This document shows positions 1 to 10,508 of a DNA stretch of 64,000 nt, piece by piece. Made by a program: the position numbers and the translations under genes. The number at the start of each line of letters is the position of its first letter. The first letter of the stretch is position 1. The stretch comes from an uncultured Candidatus Saccharibacteria bacterium (GTDB lineage Bacteria; Patescibacteriota; WWE3; CAZQFB01). The DNA lies in NCBI GenBank assembly GCA_964592525.1, contig CAZQFB010000004.1, positions 1,195-65,194 on the forward strand, written 5' to 3'. The notes below the pieces were generated by a model. The model was not told the DNA's origin and made no database searches. It worked only from the letters and a program-made list of their open reading frames with translations.

Positions 1-1423
1 ACGAGTCACCATCCCAATACCAACCTTCGGTATTGATGGGGGTTGAGGAGGCGCTGGAGCTATATCCCAATTCACCCTCACAGTTATGGTTAAACCGTAA
101 CATGGCTTCTTGGATCTCTTCACCTCTAAGATTAAGCCAGGTAGAACCAACGAAAGGCTCGGTATTATTGCAGTCAAACCCAGTACCGTCACTCGGCGAG
201 CCTTGATCTACAATTCCCTGGAGCGGGTTGCTGCCTTCTAAAGTAACGTTTCTGATGTATAAGGTGTGGTTGGTATCTTGGTGATCCAGAAAGAGACTTA
301 TGTTGTTTGAGGCAGTGACAGGAGTATTGGCTGGGATAGTAAAGGTATAGGTGTTGGCGTTGTCTGCTTGGACCATAAAATATTCACCTGTGGGGTTATC
401 CGAACCGGTATCAGCCGTGATGAGGTGCTGGTTGTTCACATATAAAGACACTTGCGGACAATTACTGGTACTGCACTGTTGCCTGGTATAGGCTTCAAAA
501 GAAATGGAAGTTATCGGACTGGCATCCTGGACATCCATGGGATCACAACCTGGTCCTGGTGGTATTGGTAAATAGGAATCGCTGCAAAAACCACCAATGG
601 CGGTCAACCCTTCGGGGCGCCAGTCATTTAAAGAAGGATCTAGCCCCAGGGCTTCTTCTTCCGGTCCGACCATTCCCGTAATGGTGATACCTACGGTGCG
701 GAGAGGCTCTTGTGGGCTTTGGTGGATAGTGCATTCCCCCCCAAGCTCTCTCTCAATAGCCAGAATATGCCAATCCAGCATAAAAGAACCACAGACAGCT
801 TCAGTAGCGATTTCGTCCGTGCCCACTTCCCAGTTATAGGTATAAAGCTCCCCCGGGTTAAGAGTTAGTTCCCCACTTTGGACACCTGTGGTGCTTAAAG
901 CGCGCGCTTGCTTGGCAGTCGTGATTTCTGTGACCAGGGTTGGATCAGCAGCATAGGCATAATTGCAGGTTTGCCATAAGTTATCCCATTGGGCTTGTTC
1001 TGTGGTGAGGTCTAGTGGTGATTCCGTAGGCCAGTTACCCACGCACATGCGTAGGGGGTAGAGCTCTTCGGAGTCTAGTAACTCTCCTGGTGTGGCTTGA
1101 CCGAATGGATTATCACAGCGACAGGAGTTTAATTCGGAGTGAATGGTTAAAGTGGAAGCACTAACATTTTTAAGTGTCCATTCCATGATAAACTCCCCTG
1201 CTTCCTCATCAAAATATTTAGTTGGTTGTGATACTTCTAAGATGGGAGATGCCTCACCACCACCTGCTGTTAGATCTTCTTGGCAAGTAATGTCGTAACC
1301 CCCCAAGTCATAAAAAGCACCACTTTTAAGTTGGGTTCTTCTTTGCGCAATATAGGCAGCTACCGGTACCGCCACCAACAACAAAACCGTGACCAACAAA
1401 GAAAATTGTTGTTTGCGGCTCAT
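1..1423 (-). CDS. Cys-rich secreted surface protein, paralog A (N-terminal part; continues past window start)
   Basis: Manual reverse translation from ATG at 1423 gives MSRKQQFSLLVTVLLLVAVPVAAYIAQRRTQLKSGA..., the same basic-tail/TM/QRRxQL(K/R)SGA N-terminus as the next two genes. An internal module (QCSTSNCPQVSLYVNNQHLITADT) resembles modules in the 28646..34330 protein. It is absent from the ORF track because it runs off the window. Confidence 0.6.
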   Translation of the reverse strand, partial: MSRKQQFSLLVTVLLLVAVPVAAYIAQRRTQLKSGAFYDLGGYDITCQEDLTAGGGEASPILEVSQPTKYFDEEAGEFIMEWTLKNVSASTLTIHSELNSCRCDNPFGQATPGELLDSEELYPLRMCVGNWPTESPLDLTTEQAQWDNLWQTCNYAYAADPTLVTEITTAKQARALSTTGVQSGELTLNPGELYTYNWEVGTDEIATEAVCGSFMLDWHILAIERELGGECTIHQSPQEPLRTVGITITGMVGPEEEALGLDPSLNDWRPEGLTAIGGFCSDSYLPIPPGPGCDPMDVQDASPITSISFEAYTRQQCSTSNCPQVSLYVNNQHLITADTGSDNPTGEYFMVQADNANTYTFTIPANTPVTASNNISLFLDHQDTNHTLYIRNVTLEGSNPLQGIVDQGSPSDGTGFDCNNTEPFVGSTWLNLRGEEIQEAMLRFNHNCEGELGYSSSASSTPINTEGWYWDGDS

Positions 1424-1469
1424 GTTGGTAGACTGCCTACCGGGTGGTCGTTTAAAAATTTTCATCTTC

Positions 1470-3647
1470 TTAAAATATCATTTTAATACCTATAAATACT
1501 GCTACCATCACAACTATTGAGAGTACCAAAGCAGCACCATTAACTCCAGCTGGAGGTATTACAGGGTTAGCAACACAGGCCAAAGGATCACTTTTTCTGG
1601 CTTCACATAAACAACCGTTTTGTGGATTATTCCAGTCACAAACTTGGGTATTGGCTGGTTCTTCTCCTACCTTTTCCACACACCCACCACTGTCACAAGC
1701 CCAGTAGGTTGGTAGGCAGTCTGGATCGGGTCCAAGATTTTCACAGACCGGGCCGGGATTGGTAATGGTTGAGACGGTGGGGTCTTCGCAATTATATGTG
1801 TCATAGTTACAGATATAACCACCTGGTGGTGGCGTTGCTTGGCAAGGTTCATCATCTCCCAGACCAGAGCAATCTGGCCCTGGGTTGGTTACGGGGGCTT
1901 GCTGACAGGTGCGGGTGGTGAGATTGCAGATGTAGTCTACAGGTCCGCCTTCTTGGCAAGGTTCATCATCTAGTGGACCAGAGCAATCTGGCCCTGGGTT
2001 GGTTACGGGAGCTTGCTGACAGGTTTGGGTGGTGAGATTGCAGATGTAGTCTACTGGCGCGCCTTCACAAATCTCCCCCACACTCGCGCCAAAGTTGGTG
2101 CAAGGTACTTCGGTGGTTATCTGCTCTACCGCTTTGTTCTCACATATTTGGTTTTCAAAACAAACGTCTCTGCTACAGACGGCTGGTTGGTTGTGGGCTA
2201 GTGCGTCGGTGTAACTGCATCGCTCTAGTCCAGCTAACGAGGGTACCGTTAGCTCTTCGGGCAGATAACAGGTTTTTTGGTAGCAGAATCCTTTACAGGC
2301 ATTAGGATCTTCAGGGTCACAGGTGCTTTTTGCTTCTGCCCCCTCTTTTTTAACGCATTGCTCTCCTTCACAGGACCAGTAGTATTCCACACACTCTTCG
2401 TTTCTACCCGTACTTGGATCATTGCCCGTAGTGTTGCAGGTTTTGTCGCCAGGTTCTAAATCGCCTCTCTTGAGGATACAGGAATTGTTATGACACACAG
2501 CGTTGACATTACATTCACTATCTTGCTCACAGTTAATAACCAACTCTCCTCGGCTTAATCTACCCCTTAAATCCTCAATAGACACATAGCTACAACTGTT
2601 GTTAGCCACACAGATGTTTTCGCGACAATCATCGGCACTGGTGCATTTGTTATTTATTTGGTTGCATTCGTCTCCCACACATTCTCTACAAGACATGCCC
2701 TCACAAATACCGTTGCTAACCACTAAAGGACAATCTTGCGGACAATTGGCATTGGTTTCACCCGGATCGCAGGTACCATTACCACAAAGCGGTTCGGTGC
2801 TAAGTTCGCAAGTACCGCCTACAGGTGTGCTGTCGCTGTAGCGCCAAATAGAGGTAATATCATTACCTTCACCAGTAATCAGCGCCCCTACGGTTGAAGT
2901 TAACTGACCCGGTATTTTACGGATCGTACATTCTTCAGTTTCTTTACTAATCTCAAGGATATCCCAAATGATCTGGAAAGAACCACAATTGGTGTTGGTC
3001 GCGCCTGTGGTGCTGGTTGTCCATAAGAAAGCTTTCTGTTCACCTGGGTTAAGGATAATTGGACCATCATCCGTTTTGATGCCTGTTTTTTGGTTGGTTG
3101 CTTGGGCACGGGCGATCTTTTCGTTGATGATTGTTTGGTTACCATTAGCGTCTAGCTTGGCGGTATCGGCATAATAAGCATAATCACAGTAGTTCCAACG
3201 TTGGTTGACCTCATCAACAGTGGGTGGGTTAGTGGTGGTAATTTCCGGCCAGCTACCAACACACAAATAATCAAAACCATAGTAAGGTGAATTAACATCC
3301 GCACTTAATTCGGCAGGAGTGCTTTGGGCGTTTTCTTCTGAACACCGGCAGGAATAAAGCTCGGCATTGATGGTTAACGTCTCCGCACTCACATTTTCCA
3401 CATCCCAGCTTAGGGTATATTGACCATGCGGGACATCATATTCTTCGTGTAGGTTATAAACCCTTAACACAGTGGGGTAACCAGTAGCAGCGTCTTCCAC
3501 ACAAGAAATGTTATAGTCCGAGTACTCGTAAGCCCCACTTCTTAACTTGGCTCTTTTTTGTGCTAGAAACACTGCCAAGGGAACGACCAGTAACATGATC
3601 AAAAGGATGATGAGCGTAAATAAATGGGTTTGTTTTTTAATCTTCAT
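1470..3647 (-). CDS. Cys-rich secreted surface protein, paralog B (725 aa), with C-terminal hydrophobic anchor / sorting-like signal
   Basis: N-terminal signal-anchor helix followed by AQKRAKLRSGA. Many Cys-rich repeats (PVDYICNLTTQTCQQAPVTNPGPDCSG appears twice; a CGNGTCDPGETNANCPQDCP mini-module). C-terminus is IPPAGVNGAALVLSIVVMVAVFIGIKMIF (motif, hydrophobic stretch, Lys, short tail). Confidence 0.75.
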   Translation of the reverse strand: MKIKKQTHLFTLIILLIMLLVVPLAVFLAQKRAKLRSGAYEYSDYNISCVEDAATGYPTVLRVYNLHEEYDVPHGQYTLSWDVENVSAETLTINAELYSCRCSEENAQSTPAELSADVNSPYYGFDYLCVGSWPEITTTNPPTVDEVNQRWNYCDYAYYADTAKLDANGNQTIINEKIARAQATNQKTGIKTDDGPIILNPGEQKAFLWTTSTTGATNTNCGSFQIIWDILEISKETEECTIRKIPGQLTSTVGALITGEGNDITSIWRYSDSTPVGGTCELSTEPLCGNGTCDPGETNANCPQDCPLVVSNGICEGMSCRECVGDECNQINNKCTSADDCRENICVANNSCSYVSIEDLRGRLSRGELVINCEQDSECNVNAVCHNNSCILKRGDLEPGDKTCNTTGNDPSTGRNEECVEYYWSCEGEQCVKKEGAEAKSTCDPEDPNACKGFCYQKTCYLPEELTVPSLAGLERCSYTDALAHNQPAVCSRDVCFENQICENKAVEQITTEVPCTNFGASVGEICEGAPVDYICNLTTQTCQQAPVTNPGPDCSGPLDDEPCQEGGPVDYICNLTTRTCQQAPVTNPGPDCSGLGDDEPCQATPPPGGYICNYDTYNCEDPTVSTITNPGPVCENLGPDPDCLPTYWACDSGGCVEKVGEEPANTQVCDWNNPQNGCLCEARKSDPLACVANPVIPPAGVNGAALVLSIVVMVAVFIGIKMIF

Positions 3648-3648
3648 A

Positions 3649-6117
3649 TTAATACAACAGTTTCATCCCTAAGGCTAATAAACCAAGTGTTACTAGCGTT
3701 AATAGCAAGGCTGCTCCTTCCGTGCCTGTTTGCGGGTCTTCCGGGGTTAGACAGATGTTAGCCATGCCTTGATCAATATAATCTTTACACAAACAACCAT
3801 CCACCGGCGCATCAACAACACACTTGGTAGCTGTGGTTGGTTGATCACCAAAAATTTCTACACATGCGCCAGTGTCGCAAGCCCAATAGCTCTGGAGACA
3901 ATCTTTATCATTTTCGCACTGGGAGTCTCCGGAAGTTGGTACAATAACGCATCTGTCATTAACATCACATTCGGTATGCCGGTCTGTGGGTACTTCCCCG
4001 CGACAATCTTCATCTACTGTGCAAGGCTGGCTAGTGGGCGGGCTGTCAATCGGGAAAGGTTCACAAGTGGCAGTTGGTCCCGTGCCCACACAATAGGTAG
4101 CACTGCATTCATCAGACTGGGCGGTTACGGTGGTACAAGGGCGGTTGTTGTAACGAGGATCCAGCCGATTCTCTACGCGGATACAAGCGACACCCTCACA
4201 TACATTTTTGGGTGGGGAGCAGAGTTGACCAATATCAACTCCAAAATCACTGCAGGCAACTTCAGTGGTTATATTTTCCACGGCCTTGTTTTCACAGATG
4301 TCAGTCGTGAGATTACATACATTAAGACCGCAGTCATCCGGAGTACCTATCTCACCTATCTCACAAGGGATTAGGTTATCAAGAGCAATGCCACTGGAGA
4401 TCAGGCTTTCCTTGTCCCGACAAACAAAATTATGACAGAGGGCATCGGTGGGTATTCTTTCCACGATCCAGCCATAAGTAAAATTAAGATCACACGCCAG
4501 GGCATCAAAACGTAAGGTCGGCGTGTTGGTACCACCATTATAAGGACAACCGGGAGCATTTATAGATACCCCATCCTCACAAAAAGTATTCACAATACGA
4601 TACCCGAGCGCCGGTCCAGTTTGGGAAATAGTAACGCTGATGTCGGTGGCTTCTCGCAACCCCTCGCTTAAATAAGGTATGGTGAAATCGCGGTGGGCGA
4701 GGTTATCGGTGTCATTGTAAATTAGGGCATTGGATTCAATTGGTCCGGAAGCGGTAGGATCATCGGCGATAATTGATTTGGTCCAGAAACCTGTCACGGG
4801 GACAATATTACCGGCAGTGTCTCTGATTTCAACGGTATTGCTGTAGGGGCAGGTATGCTCTTTGATCCTCCAACCATATGTGATATTAGCGTTACAAGTA
4901 AAACGGAAGTTATCTATACGACCGGTATCTGGTTGACCCGTAATAGCTTCAGTGCCAGCTAAGGAAGTGGGGCACCCTGGTGCTTGCGGGTTATTGTCAA
5001 TACAAAACCTTTCAGCTACATAGTAACCACCTGGGATATGGGTGAGCTCAACTTTGTTGGTATCTGTGTTCATCACATTCCAAGGCAGGTTCCAAGTATG
5101 AGCGGGGTCATATATTTGGGCTTTGCTAAGTGGTGTAACTTGTGCCAAATCATAAGCGCTGACAGATTCACCGGTCGGATTACCTGGGGTAGGATTACCG
5201 TAAATAGTAGATCGGACTAAAAACTCGTTGGTACTGGCATTTAGTACGGTGCCAGGAGAATCTAAAGACTCAATCCTTAAATCCGTAACATAGGGGCATG
5301 GGCAACGGGTGAGGATATCCCACAATTCTAGCATCAGATTTAAGAAACCCTCTACTTCATAAGTAATGGGAAAGACTAGCGGTCCGTAGCCTTCCGCCAG
5401 ACTAACTACACGATCTTTTAAATATTGGTAACCGATATCATTGATGTAATCCGGGTTATTGATATCTCGGAAATGGAAAGCAGTAATTTCTACACCTGTA
5501 GCTTTGAGGTTGTTGGCCGAAGTATTAAGACAGCCCAGATTTAGTGTGCCGTTGACCCAACAAGGATCAGTAGGTGGTGGGTTATAAGCACCATCACTAA
5601 AGATGATTAATTTTTTGGGTTGCGTAGCTGTGCTTAGAGCGGTAGCGGTGGTGTTTAGTGCGGCAGCGATGTTGGAATACTCATGAGTTTGTAGATTATC
5701 TAAGGCATTGTAAATAGCATTTTTGTCATTAGTGAGATTGAGTTTGATGTCAGCATTATCATTAAACTCAATCACGGTGACACGATCTACGCCATCTCCT
5801 TTACCCCCATAAGGATCAAAGTCTAAGGTATCCATAAGAGCTTTGGCGAAGTTAATGGAAGCTTGGCGTTTGGTAATGCCTCCTGGGGCAATTGGGTCTT
5901 CCATGGTTTTGGACATATCCATAGCAATGGCCAAATCAATGTTTTGGTAACAATCATATTCACCGGGGGTGCCTTGTGCGCCACTTCTTAGTTGTTGTCG
6001 GCGTTGGACAATAAAAATAGTGATTGGCACAGAAAGGAGAAGCAAGGCTAATCCTATATAGGTAAAAAGATGTTTTCTTTTTTTCATTAAGGCAGGTTGT
6101 TTAAGTAAATTACTCAT
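3649..6117 (-). CDS. vWA (MIDAS) domain-containing Cys-rich secreted surface protein, paralog C (822 aa), with C-terminal sorting-like signal
   Basis: N-terminal TM followed by QRRQQLRSGA. vWA motifs DLAIAMDMSKTM (DxSxT), NIAAAL and IIFSDG. Cys-rich C-terminal half is paralogous to protein B (ICENKAVENITTEV..., YWACDTGACVE). C-terminal tail is DPQTGTEGAALLLTLVTLGLLALGMKLLY. Confidence 0.75.
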   Translation of the reverse strand: MSNLLKQPALMKKRKHLFTYIGLALLLLSVPITIFIVQRRQQLRSGAQGTPGEYDCYQNIDLAIAMDMSKTMEDPIAPGGITKRQASINFAKALMDTLDFDPYGGKGDGVDRVTVIEFNDNADIKLNLTNDKNAIYNALDNLQTHEYSNIAAALNTTATALSTATQPKKLIIFSDGAYNPPPTDPCWVNGTLNLGCLNTSANNLKATGVEITAFHFRDINNPDYINDIGYQYLKDRVVSLAEGYGPLVFPITYEVEGFLNLMLELWDILTRCPCPYVTDLRIESLDSPGTVLNASTNEFLVRSTIYGNPTPGNPTGESVSAYDLAQVTPLSKAQIYDPAHTWNLPWNVMNTDTNKVELTHIPGGYYVAERFCIDNNPQAPGCPTSLAGTEAITGQPDTGRIDNFRFTCNANITYGWRIKEHTCPYSNTVEIRDTAGNIVPVTGFWTKSIIADDPTASGPIESNALIYNDTDNLAHRDFTIPYLSEGLREATDISVTISQTGPALGYRIVNTFCEDGVSINAPGCPYNGGTNTPTLRFDALACDLNFTYGWIVERIPTDALCHNFVCRDKESLISSGIALDNLIPCEIGEIGTPDDCGLNVCNLTTDICENKAVENITTEVACSDFGVDIGQLCSPPKNVCEGVACIRVENRLDPRYNNRPCTTVTAQSDECSATYCVGTGPTATCEPFPIDSPPTSQPCTVDEDCRGEVPTDRHTECDVNDRCVIVPTSGDSQCENDKDCLQSYWACDTGACVEIFGDQPTTATKCVVDAPVDGCLCKDYIDQGMANICLTPEDPQTGTEGAALLLTLVTLGLLALGMKLLY

Positions 6118-6236
6118 TTCAAATTGTATCCTATTAGGCAGAACGATTGCAAAGGATTCTAAGCTTGAGGTGGGTTTAGCCCATAGAACTAGGAATTAAG
6201 TGGCGGGATTGCGCATAGCTGTGTACTATTAAAGAT

Positions 6237-6968
6237 ATGGTCCAGAAAAACTCTGCTCGCAAGCGCTCTTCCTCGCTGAAGGTGGGGCATCATAAATTAT
6301 GTGCTTTGGCTGGGAAAATAAAGCGACCTTTGGGTTTAGCTATTTTGTTTACAAGCACCTTTGTACTGTTTAATGAAATATTGTATCCCGCTTTTAATAC
6401 TAGAGCCGAGGCCAAAGTACTCCTACCCGTTCCCGACAATTATTTTGAAGAAATGGCGCTTAAAAGGTTAGCGGCTTTTTCTTTTGCAGAGTTGGCTTTT
6501 AATGAACTGATTGATCCCTATGCTGATTTAGCACCCGGTGAAACAATCCCACCTGTGTTTTATCTCACTGTACCTGAATTGGGATTATCTGGGGTTGCCG
6601 TAGAAACTAATAGTGTGGATACAACCCCCCACGAGATGCTGGGTCATTATAAAGGTAGTTCTCTGCCAGGTAAGAGAGGTAATGTATTTGTTTATGGTCA
6701 CTCTACTTTGCCTTCTCATTTTGATATCAACAACTACAAAACACTGTTTACTTTTTTGCCCAAGCTTGAAGCGGGAGATGAGATTATTGTTAATTACAAT
6801 AATAAGGATTATATCTACGTGGTTGAGAAAAAAGAGGTTTTTGAGCCGGATGAGCTGGATCCACTAAAATGGCGCCATCTTCATTACGGCTCGCTTTCTC
6901 TCATGACCTGCACGCCACCCGGTACTACTAACCAACGCACTGTCGTTTTTGCTAAGCAAGTCTATTGA
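6237..6968 (+). CDS. sortase family transpeptidase
   Basis: N-terminal membrane anchor. Conserved sortase core: His (VYGHSTLP), TLxTC-type motif (LSLMTCTPPGT) and downstream Arg (NQRTVVFAK). Divergently oriented to the three surface-protein genes. Confidence 0.7.
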   Translation: MVQKNSARKRSSSLKVGHHKLCALAGKIKRPLGLAILFTSTFVLFNEILYPAFNTRAEAKVLLPVPDNYFEEMALKRLAAFSFAELAFNELIDPYADLAPGETIPPVFYLTVPELGLSGVAVETNSVDTTPHEMLGHYKGSSLPGKRGNVFVYGHSTLPSHFDINNYKTLFTFLPKLEAGDEIIVNYNNKDYIYVVEKKEVFEPDELDPLKWRHLHYGSLSLMTCTPPGTTNQRTVVFAKQVY

Positions 6969-7398
6969 TACATGGTTTAAAAAGTTAGCCCACTTAACTT
7001 TGGGTATTTGCTCTTAAAATTTGAGGGATACTCCTTAATAATTGTTTTAACTAGGGAGCTGGGTTGAGGTTGGGCGTGACCGAAGTCTTATTCATAATAC
7101 CAACCTCATCAGCTAGTGCAAGAAGAATAAAACCCGAAATCACTGAAAACCAGCGTAAGTATTGAATTGCTAACGGCATCAATTCTACTAGTGTGTTTAT
7201 ACTAATGTTTACTGACTTTAAGTAGAGAAGCCATGCAGGTGAAAAAGTATTTGAGGTAAATAACGGAATGACTAATCAGGATTAAATATACTATCTAATT
7301 AGTAATCCTTTACCATTATGACTCGCTAGTGGGTGAGGTGTACTTTGCGTTGTTAATTTTTTCACCCACACGTTTCGCCTGTGGGTTATACTTACCTT

Positions 7399-8055
7399 AT
7401 GCTCTGGCTTAATTACAAAACATATGAAAAAGGCATCGGCGATAGAGGTTTGCGTTTAGCGAGAATTTGTGAGGAAGTGTCCCAAGAGTTTGGCGTGCGG
7501 ATGGTTGTGTGCCCGCAGATCGCCGATATTTATCGCTTGGGTCAGCAAGCTAATGTGGAAATTTGGGCACAGCATGTGGACGCTATCCTACCGGGTAAAA
7601 ATACTGGTTGGCAGTTGCCACAAGCGATTTTTCACGCCGGGGCTTCTGGTGTATTACTTAACCACAGCGAACACCCCCTATCACTAGCAGACCTTACCAA
7701 GACAATTAATATTTGTAAGGATATTGGTTTGCAGACGATGGTCTTTGCCTCTTCGGTTGAACAGGTGATGGAGTTTGATGGTTTAGGAGCCGACTATTTA
7801 GCCTTTGAGCCACCGACATTGGTTGGTGGGACTGTGTCTGTTTCTGTGGCACAACCAAATGAGATCAAGGTAGCTTTGGCGGCAGCAGTGAAAACAAATT
7901 TAGTTGTTGGAGCTGGGATTAATTCGGTGGCAGACATTCAAACCTGTCTGGATTTGGGAGTGTTAGGTGCTCTGGTGGCTTCGGCGGTTATGGAAAAAAC
8001 AGACGACCCGGAAACACTGCTTAGGGAATTAATTGCTCCCTTTGCTTCAGTTTGA
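7399..8055 (+). CDS. tpiA: triosephosphate isomerase, short archaeal type
   Basis: ~220 aa TIM-barrel protein. Begins MLWLNYKTYEKG..., like archaeal TIM N-termini (LIINYKAY). Internal motifs ASGVLLNHSEH and VGAGINS. The ATG at 7399 is preferred over the track's GTG at 7381. Confidence 0.6.
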   Translation: MLWLNYKTYEKGIGDRGLRLARICEEVSQEFGVRMVVCPQIADIYRLGQQANVEIWAQHVDAILPGKNTGWQLPQAIFHAGASGVLLNHSEHPLSLADLTKTINICKDIGLQTMVFASSVEQVMEFDGLGADYLAFEPPTLVGGTVSVSVAQPNEIKVALAAAVKTNLVVGAGINSVADIQTCLDLGVLGALVASAVMEKTDDPETLLRELIAPFASV

Positions 8056-8126
8056 CAAATAACCCATCCTACCGTATTAACAAAATACCACACAAGCCGG
8101 TGTTTCATTGAAATAGGACGGTCTCA

Positions 8127-8900
8127 ATGTATCTGTGCCGGGGGGATAACTTCTTAGCCGTTTCCTGTCAAGGAGCCATGATTTATCGCTGGCGGTATCG
8201 GGGAAGGGATATACTTTTTCCTCAAGATCTGCAGCCGCAGGGGAAGTTGCGAGGTGGGTTGTTTGAGGGGTTTCCTTTTTTTGGTCCTCCGCCAACAGGG
8301 ACCAACTACCCCCAACACGGGTACTTGCGTCACAGGATAGCTACTAGGCAAAGAGTAAGCTATTTTGCCGATGACACCAAGCTGATTTCTCATGTTGAGT
8401 TTGACTTTGAGGTGCCGTTTGGTGCAGATCCGTTGTATCAATGGGGTCACGTGTTGAAAGTGATGACGCGTGTGACCGAAGATGGCTTTCAGCGGAGTCT
8501 TACGCTCCGGTGGCTGCCACAGGACTTGTGGCGGGTTATTTCTCCAGAGCCTAGTGTTGGGCCTCTCACACTAGGAATCCACCCCTACTTTCACCTTCCC
8601 CACAAGCAGGCAATGGTTGGTGTGGGGAGAAGGGTGGTTGATATCTCGGCAACTTCAGAGTTGCCGGATCCACTACCTCTCACCGAAGAAGGGGTGGTTG
8701 AGGTTGATGTGCTGGGTTTGGGTCAAGTCACAATTCGGTTGGAAGGGCAACTGTGGCGTGATGGTTATGTTTGGCTGTGGCGGGATTCTGACGAGCATTT
8801 GTGTGTGGAACCAGTGATGGGGCAGCCGTGGTTGGCTAAACCAAAGGATAGAGAGCTTTTTTCCCTAGCCTATTCCATGTCTTTCACTCCTGTGGGGTGA
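8127..8900 (+). CDS. aldose 1-epimerase family protein (hexose-6-phosphate mutarotase-like)
   Basis: Motifs RGGLFEGFPFFGP, QHGYLRHR, GIHPYFHL and LCVEPVMGQPW resemble the YeaD/glucose-6-phosphate 1-epimerase family. An in-frame TGA at 8109 limits any upstream extension. Confidence 0.5.
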   Translation: MYLCRGDNFLAVSCQGAMIYRWRYRGRDILFPQDLQPQGKLRGGLFEGFPFFGPPPTGTNYPQHGYLRHRIATRQRVSYFADDTKLISHVEFDFEVPFGADPLYQWGHVLKVMTRVTEDGFQRSLTLRWLPQDLWRVISPEPSVGPLTLGIHPYFHLPHKQAMVGVGRRVVDISATSELPDPLPLTEEGVVEVDVLGLGQVTIRLEGQLWRDGYVWLWRDSDEHLCVEPVMGQPWLAKPKDRELFSLAYSMSFTPVG

Positions 8901-8985
8901 CCTTAGACGCTGACCCCTTAACTAATAATTAGTTAGGGGGTCAAGTATTTATTTCTCCAAGGGATCTAGGTGTTATCATTAAAAA

Positions 8986-9915
<930 letters not shown>

Positions 9916-10056
9916 CTTAAATCTAAAAAGCCATATCTAAATAACCACATCTATTTAAGTTATAACTTATCTGCTTGTAGATATTACTTTTGACCCTTAA
10001 CTTATTGGTTAAATAAACCTTGTTTCTTTTTTCATTATTCATGTTAAATTAACCTC

Positions 10057-10428
10057 ATGAAACCATACATAAATAACATCGAAAAGGAAACCGAAGAGAA
10101 CGAAAATTATAGAAAAGTGCTTTTTACCGGACCTAAGTCACAATTGGTGGTGATGACTCTTCAACCTGGAGAGGATATTGGGGAGGAAGTACATGACGAC
10201 CACGATCAATTCATTCGGCTTGAGGAAGGCGAAGGTAAGGCAATACTTGACGATGTCGAGTATGAGCTACAAGATGATTGGGCAGTGGTTATCCCTGCAG
10301 GTATGAAACATAACATCATAAATACTGGGGATACCAAGATGAAGCTTTACACCATCTATGCCCCACCCGAACACCCAGAAGGTACAGTACACCTTACTAA
10401 AGAAGAAGCTGAAGCTAAGCATCATTAA
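10057..10428 (+). CDS. cupin domain protein
   Basis: Small 123-aa protein with cupin-like His/Glu pattern (EEVHDDHDQF..., PAGMKHNIINTG). Confidence 0.45.
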   Translation: MKPYINNIEKETEENENYRKVLFTGPKSQLVVMTLQPGEDIGEEVHDDHDQFIRLEEGEGKAILDDVEYELQDDWAVVIPAGMKHNIINTGDTKMKLYTIYAPPEHPEGTVHLTKEEAEAKHH

Positions 10429-10508
10429 AGCACAATGACTCATGAATCAAGAGTCATCTGATTTCTTAGTTCATTGTTCATAATTCATTATTCATTTAAA
10501 CTAAGGAT

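Noticed and set aside
597-1486. Plus-strand ORFs 597..839 and 1280..1486 from the track
   Set aside because: They lie antisense inside the partial minus-strand surface-protein gene (1..1423). They have low-complexity S/P-rich translations and no motifs.
3769-4374. 201-aa plus-strand ORF
   Set aside because: Fully antisense to the vWA surface-protein gene 3649..6117. No homology features. Typical shadow ORF.
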